DNA of 64,000 bases from Gemmatimonadota bacterium (GTDB taxonomy: Bacteria; Gemmatimonadota; Gemmatimonadetes; Gemmatimonadales; GWC2-71-9). The translations under genes were made by a program, and so were the position numbers. Under the pieces are notes generated by a model. It saw only the letters and a program-made list of their open reading frames with translations, searched no databases and was not told where the DNA came from. Shown here in pieces: positions 54,676 through 64,000 of the stretch. The stretch spans positions 64,001 to 128,000 of the forward strand of contig JBDHKN010000001.1 in the NCBI GenBank assembly GCA_039586365.1. The letters are read 5' to 3'. Positions within the stretch are counted from its first letter, which is position 1. The number at the start of each line of letters is the position of its first letter.

Positions 54676-57646
54676 GGTCGCCTTTGTGAGCTTGCGCGCT
54701 CAGTTCACGCAGGGCTGAGCGCTGGGGTCCGGGCTTCGGCACAGGTATCTGTCCGGCGACCCGGGCGTTGATGCGGCGGTAACCACCCCGGGCCTCGTCT
54801 GCAATAGCATACGTCAGCGCTCGAGCCCAGCAGGAGTTCAGCACTCCCGTGATCGTGAGTGCAGTGTCCCTATTAGGCGCGGACGCCAAGTAACAAGTGT
54901 TCAGGGGGATGGCTCTGTTTGCGTCGGTTTCGTCCAATGCCACTGCGCGTGGATGTGTGGCTATGTCTGCCCAGACTACCCGGTTTTCCGACAGTGCGGG
55001 TTTCACTCGGAACAAACTCCAGAACGGACCGCCCCGATAGTCGGCGCGTTTCGTGAGCTTCATCGAGTACCGTCTCAAGTAGCTCGCTGCTTTGCGCGGA
55101 ATCGTGTCGAGTGGGGCGCCGGATTCGGCATGAGTCCACACTATGACGTGTTCTGGATGAGCCTGAAACGGTGTAACGTCCCGACCTCTGAGTGCAGGGC
55201 GCAACATCGCTGACTCGATTGCGACGCTCCGATCAGCAAACTCCACGTGGCCGAAGTCTCCATTCGCTCCGGCCGTGTGGCCAATGAAGATCCTGTCTGC
55301 TCCGGTCTTTACTCCCAATGCGGGAGTCGCGACCTCAGCTAGTGGCTGACCTGCGGACCGAAGCTCCTCAAGAGCGTCTCGGACGTTATTGGGGAGGAGG
55401 ATCCAGGGTCCTGAGCCATTTAGTGCTGCCTGTGACAACGAGCAGTTTGGTGTGAAGCCGAGTTGGACAGTGTGCGTCGGCTTCGGTGGTTCCTTCCTAA
55501 CCACGAGGCCCAAGGGGTATGTCGTGGCCCCGAAACGCTCCGCGTCTCGTTCGGAAACACGGTGTACGAAAGTGATAGACGTTTCCCGTACCAGCCCCCT
55601 CCGCGCAGCCTCACCGTAGGTAGCGGATGTCACCTTGCTGGGAAGTAGGAGTCCGACTGTACCTCCCGGAGCGACCAATTCCAGGGCGCGTTGAAGAAAC
55701 GCTACCGAGAGGTCGGGGAGGTGTGCGTAGCCACGTGCTCCACTGCTGCGCCACCAACTGAAACGCTCCTGCAGGGTGCGTCGCAGGGGTGGTGATAGGC
55801 GTTCCGCTCGCACCCATGGAGGGTTACCGACTACTGCACAGAAGCCTCCGTCTGCGATGACATCGGGTGCCTGTATCTCGAATGAGAAGAAGGGGATCCG
55901 TCCTTCAGATACCTGCTTCTGTGCGCGCACCAGGTCCCTTTTCGTCGACCTGAGCACCCGGAGACGCTCTGCCTGTGCACGCGTGAGGCCGGAAGGGTCA
56001 CCGAACAGATCGCGACCGGATAGGATTGCTGTGAGGTCTCCGATCGCGTACTGGATGCTGGTGATTGCTTGCCGAAGGACACATCGTGCAACCTTGATCT
56101 CAGTCTGTCGTAGTCGACGGAGATCCTGTTGCTGGGCTCCGCCTCCAGAATCGAATAGGGTGCGCCGGGCTGCACTCACTGAACGAGTAGCGTCGTTCCA
56201 CGCGTTGCCTATGCCGTGAAGTAAACGTCGAGCTGCTCCGACTGGATCGAGGAGTGTGTCGCCCTGTCGGACGACACCATCGAGATTGGGTAGAGGCGCT
56301 ACCTGCGGGATCTCTGTCGTGGGATCGTCCGCTACAACTGCGAGCCACAGCCTGAGTTCAGCGAGATGTACTGCCACTGGGTTTATGTCGATTCCCATGA
56401 GGTTGTCACGCATTATGTCTCTCCTGATCCGGGACCTATCCTGGTGTCGCGGTCCGAGGAGAGCGCTGCGTATCCGGGTGAGAGTCTCAAGAACTCCAAG
56501 TAGGAAGGCACCGGAACCGACCGCAGGATCGAGAATGCGGAGTCGCTGCAGTGCAATGCCCGCAGTCCGCTTTTCGTCCTCTGTCAGGTGTGCGCCGCTC
56601 GCTACGGCATGGGCCAGCCGGTGCGGCATTTGACGTGTCAAGGCAGATTCGATGGTGGCCTCGACCAACTGTTTGACGACCGCTTCCGGAGTGTAGAAGG
56701 TGCCGCTCTCATGGCGTTCCGTTCCCTCCATGAGCCTCTCGAACACCCTCCCCAACATGTCTGGAGCTATGGCATCGACCTCATCATCCTCCCGCACACA
56801 GAATCTGAATCTCTCGAACAGACCATCAAATGCGTCACGCCACAGCTCGTTGGGATAGTGGATCCGTCCCACCCGTCGCTCGATCGGATGAGGCTCAAAG
56901 AGACCGCCGTTCAAATAGGGAATGGTCCCGAGCTTGATTTGCCGATTTCTTTGCCGCAGTGGGCGGTTCAGCGTGCCGAAGAACAATGGATTGAGCTTCG
57001 TGCGGTGGAAGTCGCTACGGGTTTGGAGCGCTCTGTCGAAAAGAGACCGCAGATAGCAGGAATCTCGGTTGAGCCAGCCTTTCTGTTGTACGAAGTAGAG
57101 AAACATGACTCGCGTGAGGCTCAACAGGGCCAGCATCCTGCGTTCTCTACCGGTTGCCGCACCACCGGGGGTTGTAGCCATGCGCTCATAGATCTGCCTG
57201 AATGCACAGAAGAACCGCTCAGTTACCTTTTCGCTGCTCAGCACCTCAGCAACCCACAGGGCATGCGAGAGCGCATTGGACGATTTCTTCGGTCTGAGTC
57301 TTTCCAGTTGTTCAAGGGTGAACCGAGAGGGATTGTTGAGCTGGACTGTGAGTGCGCGCGTGGTGCCTGGTCGACCAATGCGCGGAGCGGCAAGCGTCAG
57401 GGTGCCTGCTCTTGCAAGAACCACTGCCAACCCACGCTGTGAGTTCCGTGCAAGCTTGGCTGCGAGCTGACGTACTGCTTGTAACGGGTCATCGCCTGCC
57501 GCGGCCACCACCTTGAAACCCTGCCAGTGGGCCACTACAAGTGCTTCACCGTATACTCCGATGTGGTCGGGCTTGTATCCCAGTGCCACAAACAGCCGGC
57601 TGACTTCTGCGGTTGTAGCAATGCCCTTGAGTACCTGCTTGACCAT
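54575..57646 (-). CDS. Large N6-adenine DNA methyltransferase (Eco57I/type IIG/DrmMI-like) with C-terminal TaqI-C-like recognition domain
   Basis: YLNGGLF, LGRVFE..SGTFYTP, ILDPAVGSGAFL (motif I), VGNPPW (motif IV), GVKTGAD and LNTCY..LNS. Confidence 0.9.
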   Translation of the reverse strand: MVKQVLKGIATTAEVSRLFVALGYKPDHIGVYGEALVVAHWQGFKVVAAAGDDPLQAVRQLAAKLARNSQRGLAVVLARAGTLTLAAPRIGRPGTTRALTVQLNNPSRFTLEQLERLRPKKSSNALSHALWVAEVLSSEKVTERFFCAFRQIYERMATTPGGAATGRERRMLALLSLTRVMFLYFVQQKGWLNRDSCYLRSLFDRALQTRSDFHRTKLNPLFFGTLNRPLRQRNRQIKLGTIPYLNGGLFEPHPIERRVGRIHYPNELWRDAFDGLFERFRFCVREDDEVDAIAPDMLGRVFERLMEGTERHESGTFYTPEAVVKQLVEATIESALTRQMPHRLAHAVASGAHLTEDEKRTAGIALQRLRILDPAVGSGAFLLGVLETLTRIRSALLGPRHQDRSRIRRDIMRDNLMGIDINPVAVHLAELRLWLAVVADDPTTEIPQVAPLPNLDGVVRQGDTLLDPVGAARRLLHGIGNAWNDATRSVSAARRTLFDSGGGAQQQDLRRLRQTEIKVARCVLRQAITSIQYAIGDLTAILSGRDLFGDPSGLTRAQAERLRVLRSTKRDLVRAQKQVSEGRIPFFSFEIQAPDVIADGGFCAVVGNPPWVRAERLSPPLRRTLQERFSWWRSSGARGYAHLPDLSVAFLQRALELVAPGGTVGLLLPSKVTSATYGEAARRGLVRETSITFVHRVSERDAERFGATTYPLGLVVRKEPPKPTHTVQLGFTPNCSLSQAALNGSGPWILLPNNVRDALEELRSAGQPLAEVATPALGVKTGADRIFIGHTAGANGDFGHVEFADRSVAIESAMLRPALRGRDVTPFQAHPEHVIVWTHAESGAPLDTIPRKAASYLRRYSMKLTKRADYRGGPFWSLFRVKPALSENRVVWADIATHPRAVALDETDANRAIPLNTCYLASAPNRDTALTITGVLNSCWARALTYAIADEARGGYRRINARVAGQIPVPKPGPQRSALRELSAQAHKGDHVSNTDLDEAVADALGLSAKARRFLRSVATHHG

Positions 57647-57741
57647 GGACCGTTCTTGTCGGAGGACGGTCCATCGTAGTACGGGATTGGGGAGCTCACA
57701 GCATCATATGATTGCGGATCTAATCGTACTGACGCGGGAAT

Positions 57742-58272
57742 CTAAGTCGCTAGGAGATCTCGCACTTGTCCAAGATCCATGTCTCGAGCGATAGGTGGCG
57801 GCCAAGCTTCTTGCCTCAACTGCAGATCAATCAGAGTACGCTCGTTTGAGACACGCTGCCGGGTTGCGGCATCGATCAAACCTGTTCTTATGGCCGTATC
57901 GAACTCGTGTTCGTCCAGCCAGACGGGATCACCGTTTGCCGGCTGCCAGAGATCCAAGAACAGGTCGTTCCCGATCCAGTGATCACCCTTGAACTCGACG
58001 GGCTTCGAAAGGTTGGTGTACCAGCCAGTGAACGTACCGTCAGCAAGGTGGAACCGCCCGATGTCGTGCCAGGAATCTGTGATGATGAACCAGACAATGG
58101 GGGCGCCGCGCTCGAGGGTGAGAGTATCTGCAACCAGAACGTTGTCGCCCGAGAAGTGTTCCTGCAACAGAACCTTCACGTCCGGCCGATCGAGTACGAG
58201 GGCTTCCCTGTAGACGACCGTCTCCTTGCCCGGTCGATGGTACTCAAAGTGGATCTGTCGTGACAGGAGCAA
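57742..58272 (-). CDS. DUF402 (FomD/Ntdp-like) nucleotide phosphatase
   Basis: GRFH..GWYTN, DLFLDLW and LDEHEF metal-binding motifs. Confidence 0.85.
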   Translation of the reverse strand: MLLSRQIHFEYHRPGKETVVYREALVLDRPDVKVLLQEHFSGDNVLVADTLTLERGAPIVWFIITDSWHDIGRFHLADGTFTGWYTNLSKPVEFKGDHWIGNDLFLDLWQPANGDPVWLDEHEFDTAIRTGLIDAATRQRVSNERTLIDLQLRQEAWPPPIARDMDLGQVRDLLAT

Positions 58273-58283
58273 CCTGGGTCTCG

Positions 58284-61200
58284 CTATGGAGATGCGCTAG
58301 GATCTACACACGCGAGAATTCGAAGCATGGAGCCAAGAAACAGGCGATCCAGTACGCGCATCAGTTTGGGCGTTTCATTCGGTGCTGCCCTGGCGGAGGT
58401 GAACGGCCAGCGCCACCTCGCCTCTGACGACCTGAAGCCTTCTTGGGCGAACGGTAGGTGGCCCACGGAGTCGGCTACAGCCTGCATTGCTGTGATGCGC
58501 TCCCGACTCGGACCGATCAGAATCTCGCGGGGGTAGGCACAGAGTCCAGCCCAGCCTTGTTGGAGCCACAGAATACGGTAACCGCTCGGTAGCTTCTCCT
58601 CGGTAACCGCTTTAGTGAACTCGCCGAATTCGGACGGATCTGTCGCGAGGCCGACAGCGTCGCCCAGATTCCGCACCAAGCCTAGCTGCTCCGCTGCTCT
58701 GGCAAGTAAAACTGCGCGGTCGATCTCTCCACGCGCCCGCTCGACGGAAGCGAGGGGAAGAAGCGCGTGATTGCTGAGCAAGTACATTCCTTCACGGTTT
58801 ATGGCATTCAGCGGTGCCTGCAACAGATGCTCGCTGAAGCCGGCGTTCTCCCCAAGCCTGGCAACCGCACCAAGGGGATTTCCCTGGGCAGCATCGAGCA
58901 CCGCTGCTAATACATTCGCTCGCACTGCCTCCATTACAATCGGCCGGAGGGATAACCACTGGGGTGATACTGCCGAGTCTCTGCTGGCAGCATCTGCAAC
59001 GAGCGCATTCCAGACATCAATCCGAGGTGTGGCAGCTAACCGGCGTAGCAGACCGGTTCGTGGATGGTTGGCCAGTTGCGACAGCATTTCGAGTGTGTCT
59101 GCAGGAATCTGTTGTCTGAATGCGCGTTCAAACGCGATGTCCGTACCGGTACGCCCCTCGACGGCATCCCATTCGAAGAGCGACGGAATCTCTATCCCGT
59201 ACGCGGGCAGGCCGCCAGGTGTCAGAGGGCTAAGGTTCAAAACACGCAGGAGCTCGGTAGCAACTTCTACCGGCGTCGAGTCACGCTGCGGCAGATACCG
59301 CATCCAGGATGAGCGGGCATACTCAATCGGGTCATGTCGCGCGACGTGCTCCAGACTGGAGATGAGGCTCGCGGCACCGGGTCCATGCAACTCGGGAAAC
59401 CGCGTAGCCGTGAACGTGGCTAGACTGGCGACCACGAGTCCTATGAGCGTTACTGGTGCGAGCATGAGAAGGGCGGCGATGTTGAGCCGCGAACTCCAAA
59501 CGGCGAGGCGATCTTGCTTGTATGTCAAGGCCGACGCCGGACAGGCGCCTTCGGCGGGATGGCCTTCGTACCATCTCGCGATGTCCTCAGGTTCCGCGTC
59601 AAAGGAGTGTGCCCGGCTCAGTCTTCCCAGCAACAGTCTTTCCCACATGATGCAGGCCAAGGCGCCTAGCAGGCACGCTCCACCTGGTGCGAGCACCAGA
59701 GTGACGTCTGTCGCGCTGAGAAGTGTGGCAGTGGTCTCGGGCTGTGCGAATCCGAGAGCGAGACACAAGAAGTGAGCGCCCAGAGCTACTACGATCCAAG
59801 CAGAACCCGCAAGCACTGTCGCGCTGCGCCCCCGACGTGACAACAGGATCTTACGGCGCGTCGACTCACGAAAGGATGCGAAGTCGCCACTACCCGCGAC
59901 GATCATGCCCGTCCGGCCATCGTGATCTGCCGCTACGTCCAGCAAGGTATCAGTGTTCCATCCTCTCATGCGTTGGCGCACGGCCCGGTCCAAGAAGCGC
60001 GCCGCCGAGAAGAGAAACGAAACCCCAGCGACGCAGTAGGTTACGAGTCCCACGATCACCGCTGTCTGCCACAGGTACATCAACATGAGTGGTCCACCCG
60101 CGATGCGTTCACGGCCACGTTGCACCGTGGCAGCCAGATCTGAAGCAAAGTCAAATCGTGCGAGCAGACCCTTACTCATAGCTACTATGTCGGGGTAGAA
60201 GCTCAGAGCTGCAGCAGCAAGGGTAGCGCCTGCCACAGCAGTCAGTGCCATGCGAATCAGTCCACGCGAGCGTCCGCGCAGCCAGAGCAGCCCCGGCGGA
60301 GGCCACTCGATCTCCGTTTCCAACGAGGGGAGCATTCCGCGAGCGATCTCGTCGGCCTCCGGCCGGTCTTTCGGCGCCTTAGCGAGGCAACGGTCGACCA
60401 TTCTGCCGATGGCCGGTGAGATTTCGGGACGACGCTCGCTAGTTGCGCTGGGTCTGTCCCGCAGATGAGCGGCTGCCCATCCCATCGCAGACTCCGCGCT
60501 AAACGGCAATTGACCCGTTAGGAGCTGGTATGCCACGACCCCAAGGCTGTACACGTCACTCTTCGGGGTGACAGGATCGCTGGTACCCTGTTCTGGGCTC
60601 ATGTATGTCGGCGTCCCGACGACCACGCCGGTACTCGTAAGCTTCGTCTCGTTGTCGTGTGTAGCAGAGGAGAGTGCCGCGCTCACACCGAAGTCGGCCA
60701 CAAAAGCGCGTCCCGAATCCTTCTCTATCAGAACGTTGCTCGGTTTCACGTCTCGGTGCACGAAGTCCCTTTCGTGCGCAGCCGCCAGTGCCGCTGCTAT
60801 CTCACCGATCACGCGCCGCGCCTCACGTTCGCTCACTCTACCCCGTCTCAACCGCCATTCTTCGAGGTTCGGACCGTCGACATACTGCATGACTATGTAA
60901 GGCAGCCTGGATCGCTTGGTCTCACCGACGGCGTAGACCTGGACAACATTGGGGTGAGAGATTGCAGCAGCAGCTCGTGCCTCCCTCTCGAATCTGACGC
61001 GGGCCCGGTTGTCTGCCGCAAAGCTTGGAGCCAGGACCTTCACCGCCACCAGTCGCTTGAGAGCGGGTTCCCGTGCAAGATAGATCGCCCCCATGCCACC
61101 CTGGCCGAGTGGTCTCAAGACTTCGTAGTTCGGTGCCAGAGAAGTGCTTAGAGTTGCTTGCAGGCGATCAAGGTCCCACCTGGGCTGTTCCAACCCGTCA

Positions 61201-61298
61201 GGCTCAGTGGTGGGGGTGGACTGTAGGGACGCTCCACATGTGGGGCAGCATGTGACGTCGTCAGGTACAGCTATGGAGCATTCAGGACAGTATGGCAT
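58284..61298 (-). CDS. Membrane Ser/Thr protein kinase with N-terminal zinc ribbon and large C-terminal helical domain
   Basis: CPEC..CPTC; LGQGGMG, VAVK, HRDVKPSN, DFG and GTPTYMSPE; about five TM helices. Confidence 0.92.
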   Translation of the reverse strand: MPYCPECSIAVPDDVTCCPTCGASLQSTPTTEPDGLEQPRWDLDRLQATLSTSLAPNYEVLRPLGQGGMGAIYLAREPALKRLVAVKVLAPSFAADNRARVRFEREARAAAAISHPNVVQVYAVGETKRSRLPYIVMQYVDGPNLEEWRLRRGRVSEREARRVIGEIAAALAAAHERDFVHRDVKPSNVLIEKDSGRAFVADFGVSAALSSATHDNETKLTSTGVVVGTPTYMSPEQGTSDPVTPKSDVYSLGVVAYQLLTGQLPFSAESAMGWAAAHLRDRPSATSERRPEISPAIGRMVDRCLAKAPKDRPEADEIARGMLPSLETEIEWPPPGLLWLRGRSRGLIRMALTAVAGATLAAAALSFYPDIVAMSKGLLARFDFASDLAATVQRGRERIAGGPLMLMYLWQTAVIVGLVTYCVAGVSFLFSAARFLDRAVRQRMRGWNTDTLLDVAADHDGRTGMIVAGSGDFASFRESTRRKILLSRRGRSATVLAGSAWIVVALGAHFLCLALGFAQPETTATLLSATDVTLVLAPGGACLLGALACIMWERLLLGRLSRAHSFDAEPEDIARWYEGHPAEGACPASALTYKQDRLAVWSSRLNIAALLMLAPVTLIGLVVASLATFTATRFPELHGPGAASLISSLEHVARHDPIEYARSSWMRYLPQRDSTPVEVATELLRVLNLSPLTPGGLPAYGIEIPSLFEWDAVEGRTGTDIAFERAFRQQIPADTLEMLSQLANHPRTGLLRRLAATPRIDVWNALVADAASRDSAVSPQWLSLRPIVMEAVRANVLAAVLDAAQGNPLGAVARLGENAGFSEHLLQAPLNAINREGMYLLSNHALLPLASVERARGEIDRAVLLARAAEQLGLVRNLGDAVGLATDPSEFGEFTKAVTEEKLPSGYRILWLQQGWAGLCAYPREILIGPSRERITAMQAVADSVGHLPFAQEGFRSSEARWRWPFTSARAAPNETPKLMRVLDRLFLGSMLRILACVDPSASP

Positions 61299-61354
61299 GC
61301 CTAGCCTAACGTATAACAGATCCGATGATTCCCGCCAGTCTCAGGATTCGAGGG

Positions 61355-63208
61355 TCACACCTCGACCCGGCCACCCAGGTGCTTGGCCAAGAACTTCTCA
61401 GCTGCTTCATAAAACCGCAGCCGATTCTCTGGCTTGGCAAATCCGTGGCCCTCGTCAGGGAAGAGCATGTACTCGTGGTCGATTCCCTTGTCTGTCATGG
61501 CAGCTACGATCTGCTCCGACTCGGACTGCTTCACGCGTGGGTCGTTGGCACCCTGCGCGATCAACATTGGAATCTTGATGCGGTCGACATGAAACAGCGG
61601 TGAGCGCGACTTGAGGAAATCCGGCTCCGTTGCTGGATTCCCAACTCTGCGATGTATCATGGCGAGATACGTGGACCAGTAGGGAGGAATAGTCTCAATG
61701 AAGGTGAGCAGGTTACTCGGGCCAACTATGTCCACCGCGCACGAGAATAGATCCGGAGTGAACGTCGCCCCAACGAGGGCTGCGTATCCGCCGTACGAAC
61801 CGCCATATATGGCGATTCGTTTTGGATCGGCTATGCCGGTCTCGATGGCCCACTGCACCCCATCGACTAGGTCGTCGTGCATCCGGCCACCCCACTCCCT
61901 GTCCCCAGCATTCAAGAAGTCCTTGCCGAACCCCGTCGAACCACGGAAGTTGACCTGCAGTACCGCGTACCCACGGTTCGCAAACCACTGCGACTCAGGA
62001 TCGTAACCCCAGGTGTCTCGGTGCCACGGCCCGCCGTGGACGTTCAGCACCATCGGCAGGCTGTTTCGCTCCGCCCCATACGGGGTATGGAGGTATCCCT
62101 GAATAGTCAGCCCGTCACGTGCCTGGAACGAGATGGGTTCCATGGCTGTGAGGGTGTAGTTGGCCAATTCAGGTCGGTTATAGAAGAGGAAGGTGCCTTC
62201 CTGTAAGCGGCGATCATAGACGTAGTACGAAAACGGTTGCTGGTCTTGAGTGAATCCCACCAGCCAAATGTTGTCGTCGTGGGTGCGGTTGTATATACCA
62301 AAGTCACCTACGTTCAGCCTGCTGATAGCTGCAATGTCCTCCTCGATGGTTGGGTCCACGACTTGGTGTTGGATCCGCGCCTTCACAAAGGAGACCATCT
62401 GGACTTCGTATGTGTCCGGATGGATTGTCACGTCGCTAACGTCGTAATGTGGGTCCTGAGCTATGATCTCCTTATTACCGGTTGCGATCTCAAGTTTCAC
62501 CAGTGCAGCAGCGTTGACTCCATGCGAATCCAGTATGCAGATCGATTCACCATCCAAGGTGAAGCCGACCGGCCCACTGTTGAGAGCATCCTCGGCATCC
62601 CATGACAACAGCGTACGCCAGTCGGTTCCCTGACTGTCGCGGATAAGGAGATCAAAACCTCCCTCGGCTGTCGAAGCGACAGCACCCCGTACAGTCATTG
62701 CGGCATCGATTACCCAGCTTGCCACATTCCCCGGATTCTTCGCCACCAGCTTGAGCTTGCCGGACTTCAAGTCCAGCCAGTAAACGTCGTGTAACCGTTC
62801 GTCATCCTTATTCATCGCGATCAGGAGTTCGTTGGGATGTCGCTTGTCATGGTGAACGATGTGGACTTGTACGTTCTCGAACGGTGTGAGGTCAGCCTCC
62901 TTGCCCGTATCCAGATCCACACTGAAGAGTCTCCAGTTTTCGTCGCCACCCACATCTTGGAGGTATAGGATGTGCCGTGCATCATGGGCCCATGAGAAGA
63001 CGCGCACGCCGCGCTCGGTATCATGCGTGACCGGTCGGTAGTCGTCTCGGCCTACGTGGCCGACCCATACGTTCAGGACGCCGTCCCTGGGTGCCAGATA
63101 CGCCATCCTGTCTCCATCCGGCGAGATCTGCGGTGTGGCCTTCTCGGGATTGCCGAACAGCGTTTCCCGCGGGATGAGGGGTGCTTCGAAGATCTTCGTG
63201 TCAGTCAT
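61355..63208 (-). CDS. S9 family (dipeptidyl/acylaminoacyl) peptidase
   Basis: Beta-propeller N-terminus; VHGGPW, GGSYGG (catalytic Ser), GANDPRV (Asp) and EGHGF (His). Confidence 0.95.
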   Translation of the reverse strand: MTDTKIFEAPLIPRETLFGNPEKATPQISPDGDRMAYLAPRDGVLNVWVGHVGRDDYRPVTHDTERGVRVFSWAHDARHILYLQDVGGDENWRLFSVDLDTGKEADLTPFENVQVHIVHHDKRHPNELLIAMNKDDERLHDVYWLDLKSGKLKLVAKNPGNVASWVIDAAMTVRGAVASTAEGGFDLLIRDSQGTDWRTLLSWDAEDALNSGPVGFTLDGESICILDSHGVNAAALVKLEIATGNKEIIAQDPHYDVSDVTIHPDTYEVQMVSFVKARIQHQVVDPTIEEDIAAISRLNVGDFGIYNRTHDDNIWLVGFTQDQQPFSYYVYDRRLQEGTFLFYNRPELANYTLTAMEPISFQARDGLTIQGYLHTPYGAERNSLPMVLNVHGGPWHRDTWGYDPESQWFANRGYAVLQVNFRGSTGFGKDFLNAGDREWGGRMHDDLVDGVQWAIETGIADPKRIAIYGGSYGGYAALVGATFTPDLFSCAVDIVGPSNLLTFIETIPPYWSTYLAMIHRRVGNPATEPDFLKSRSPLFHVDRIKIPMLIAQGANDPRVKQSESEQIVAAMTDKGIDHEYMLFPDEGHGFAKPENRLRFYEAAEKFLAKHLGGRVEV

Positions 63209-63261
63209 GGATCATTGTCACTCTTTCGGTCACTCAGGCTCGGATTTCCTATACCAGCACG

Positions 63262-63633
63262 TCAGGTTCTTCTGCGTCTGAAGTATATCGTGTACACGAA
63301 TGCGTTGAAAAATAGGACGACAATTCCTAGTCCCGCCTGGACGGCAGGAGTGAGGCCCGGCGGATAGACGATTGGAATGACGTAATGTGCAACGAAGCCA
63401 CCTTCGTAACCGGCTTGGCCCGCTAGTCGACGCCATTGGTTCTCCAGGGGCGTAAGCGGGCATGTCCAGCCTACAAACTCGATCAGTATGCCCCACACAG
63501 CTGCTGGCAAGTGTATCCATGCCAGCCGCGGCCAGCGCCACACCAGGAGTGCGCCCAACGCAACGAATAAGATGAATCCAAGGTGTATGACGACGAGTGC
63601 GTCAGCCGCTAACCTGTACAGCATCTGTCCCAC
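63262..63633 (-). CDS. DUF2784 family membrane protein
   Basis: HLGFILFV, HLPAAVWG, CPLTPLEN and GYEGGFV.HY. Confidence 0.9.
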   Translation of the reverse strand: MGQMLYRLAADALVVIHLGFILFVALGALLVWRWPRLAWIHLPAAVWGILIEFVGWTCPLTPLENQWRRLAGQAGYEGGFVAHYVIPIVYPPGLTPAVQAGLGIVVLFFNAFVYTIYFRRRRT

Positions 63634-64000
63634 CTACGATCCTGTCCATCACCACAGCTGCAACGAGAATGCCCGCAACGTTTGTGGTCGTTCGGGCCAT
63701 GTCTGGAATACGGTCAACGCCTAGGAGTACTCCGAGGCCGTCCAGCGGAACGCCTACCGTGCCCAGAGCTGGAGCGAGGCTGACGACCCCTCCAGCTGGG
63801 ATACCGGCGACAGTGAAGGACACGATGAATGTCGCCAGTACCGCGCCACCGATGCTGGCCGCTGGTAGCGGTATCCCAAATAGCCAGGCTAGGAACACGA
63901 TGCCGGCACCCTGGAAGAGAGCGGTGCCCATACGGCCGATACCGGCGCCCAGCGGAATCACGAAACTCGTGACAGGGCGCGATAGCCGCAGTTGCTCGGT
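63602..64000 (-). CDS. Second DAACS dicarboxylate/amino acid symporter, C-terminal part (runs off the window)
   Basis: FVIPLGA, GIPAGG and GVDRIPDMARTTTNV. Confidence 0.88.
   Translation of the reverse strand, partial: TEQLRLSRPVTSFVIPLGAGIGRMGTALFQGAGIVFLAWLFGIPLPAASIGGAVLATFIVSFTVAGIPAGGVVSLAPALGTVGVPLDGLGVLLGVDRIPDMARTTTNVAGILVAAVVMDRIVGGTDAVQVSG

Noticed and set aside
56588..57442. 284-aa plus-strand ORF inside the MTase gene, considered as a hidden nuclease
   Set aside because: Fully antisense to a well-supported CDS and has no nuclease motif.
44009..57646. Mutasome and MTase-helicase region as a mobile island or prophage
   Set aside because: No integrase, transposase, att-like repeats or tRNA seen; housekeeping nptA-phoU lies in the middle and the boundaries overlap neighbouring stop codons.
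57703..57712. Palindrome ATCATATGAT upstream of the MTase gene
   Set aside because: A single 10-bp palindrome with no adjacent controller gene is too weak to call.
58771..59775. 334-aa plus-strand ORF
   Set aside because: Antisense shadow of the kinase gene; Ser/Ala/Arg-rich with no motifs.

Overview
A gene-dense bacterial chromosome segment of roughly 60% GC by eye. Gene content and the eukaryote-like Ser/Thr kinases suggest Gemmatimonadota (inference). It holds about 52 CDS, mostly housekeeping and metabolic: queG, a DHS-like gene, glpD, fadI/fadJ, proline dehydrogenase, rsgA, a fused 2-oxoacid dehydrogenase E1, lon, an aconitase-family enzyme, pfkA, DAACS symporters, ispH, a Na/Pi symporter with PhoU, and an S9 peptidase. 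I found no rRNA, tRNA, CRISPR array, integrase or transposase. Highlights: (1) a non-canonical SOS mutagenesis operon (stand-alone NrdJ-like Zn-ribbon, radical SAM, ImuB, split ImuB-C-like protein, DnaE2; no imuA) behind a leaderless promoter covered by a symmetric four-half-site CCGAA operator; (2) a SelW/Rdx selenoprotein (CxxU plus SECIS hairpin) missed by the ORF track; (3) an adenine methyltransferase plus SNF2 helicase pair with no visible nuclease; (4) a DExH helicase whose motif Ia precedes Walker A; (5) a sigma-54 promoter with a palindromic enhancer ahead of lon; (6) two probable CTG-initiated genes; (7) three clean internal deletions (fadJ, E1, an outer-membrane protein) that look like collapsed assembly gaps. 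All calls come from reading motifs by eye; no database search was run.
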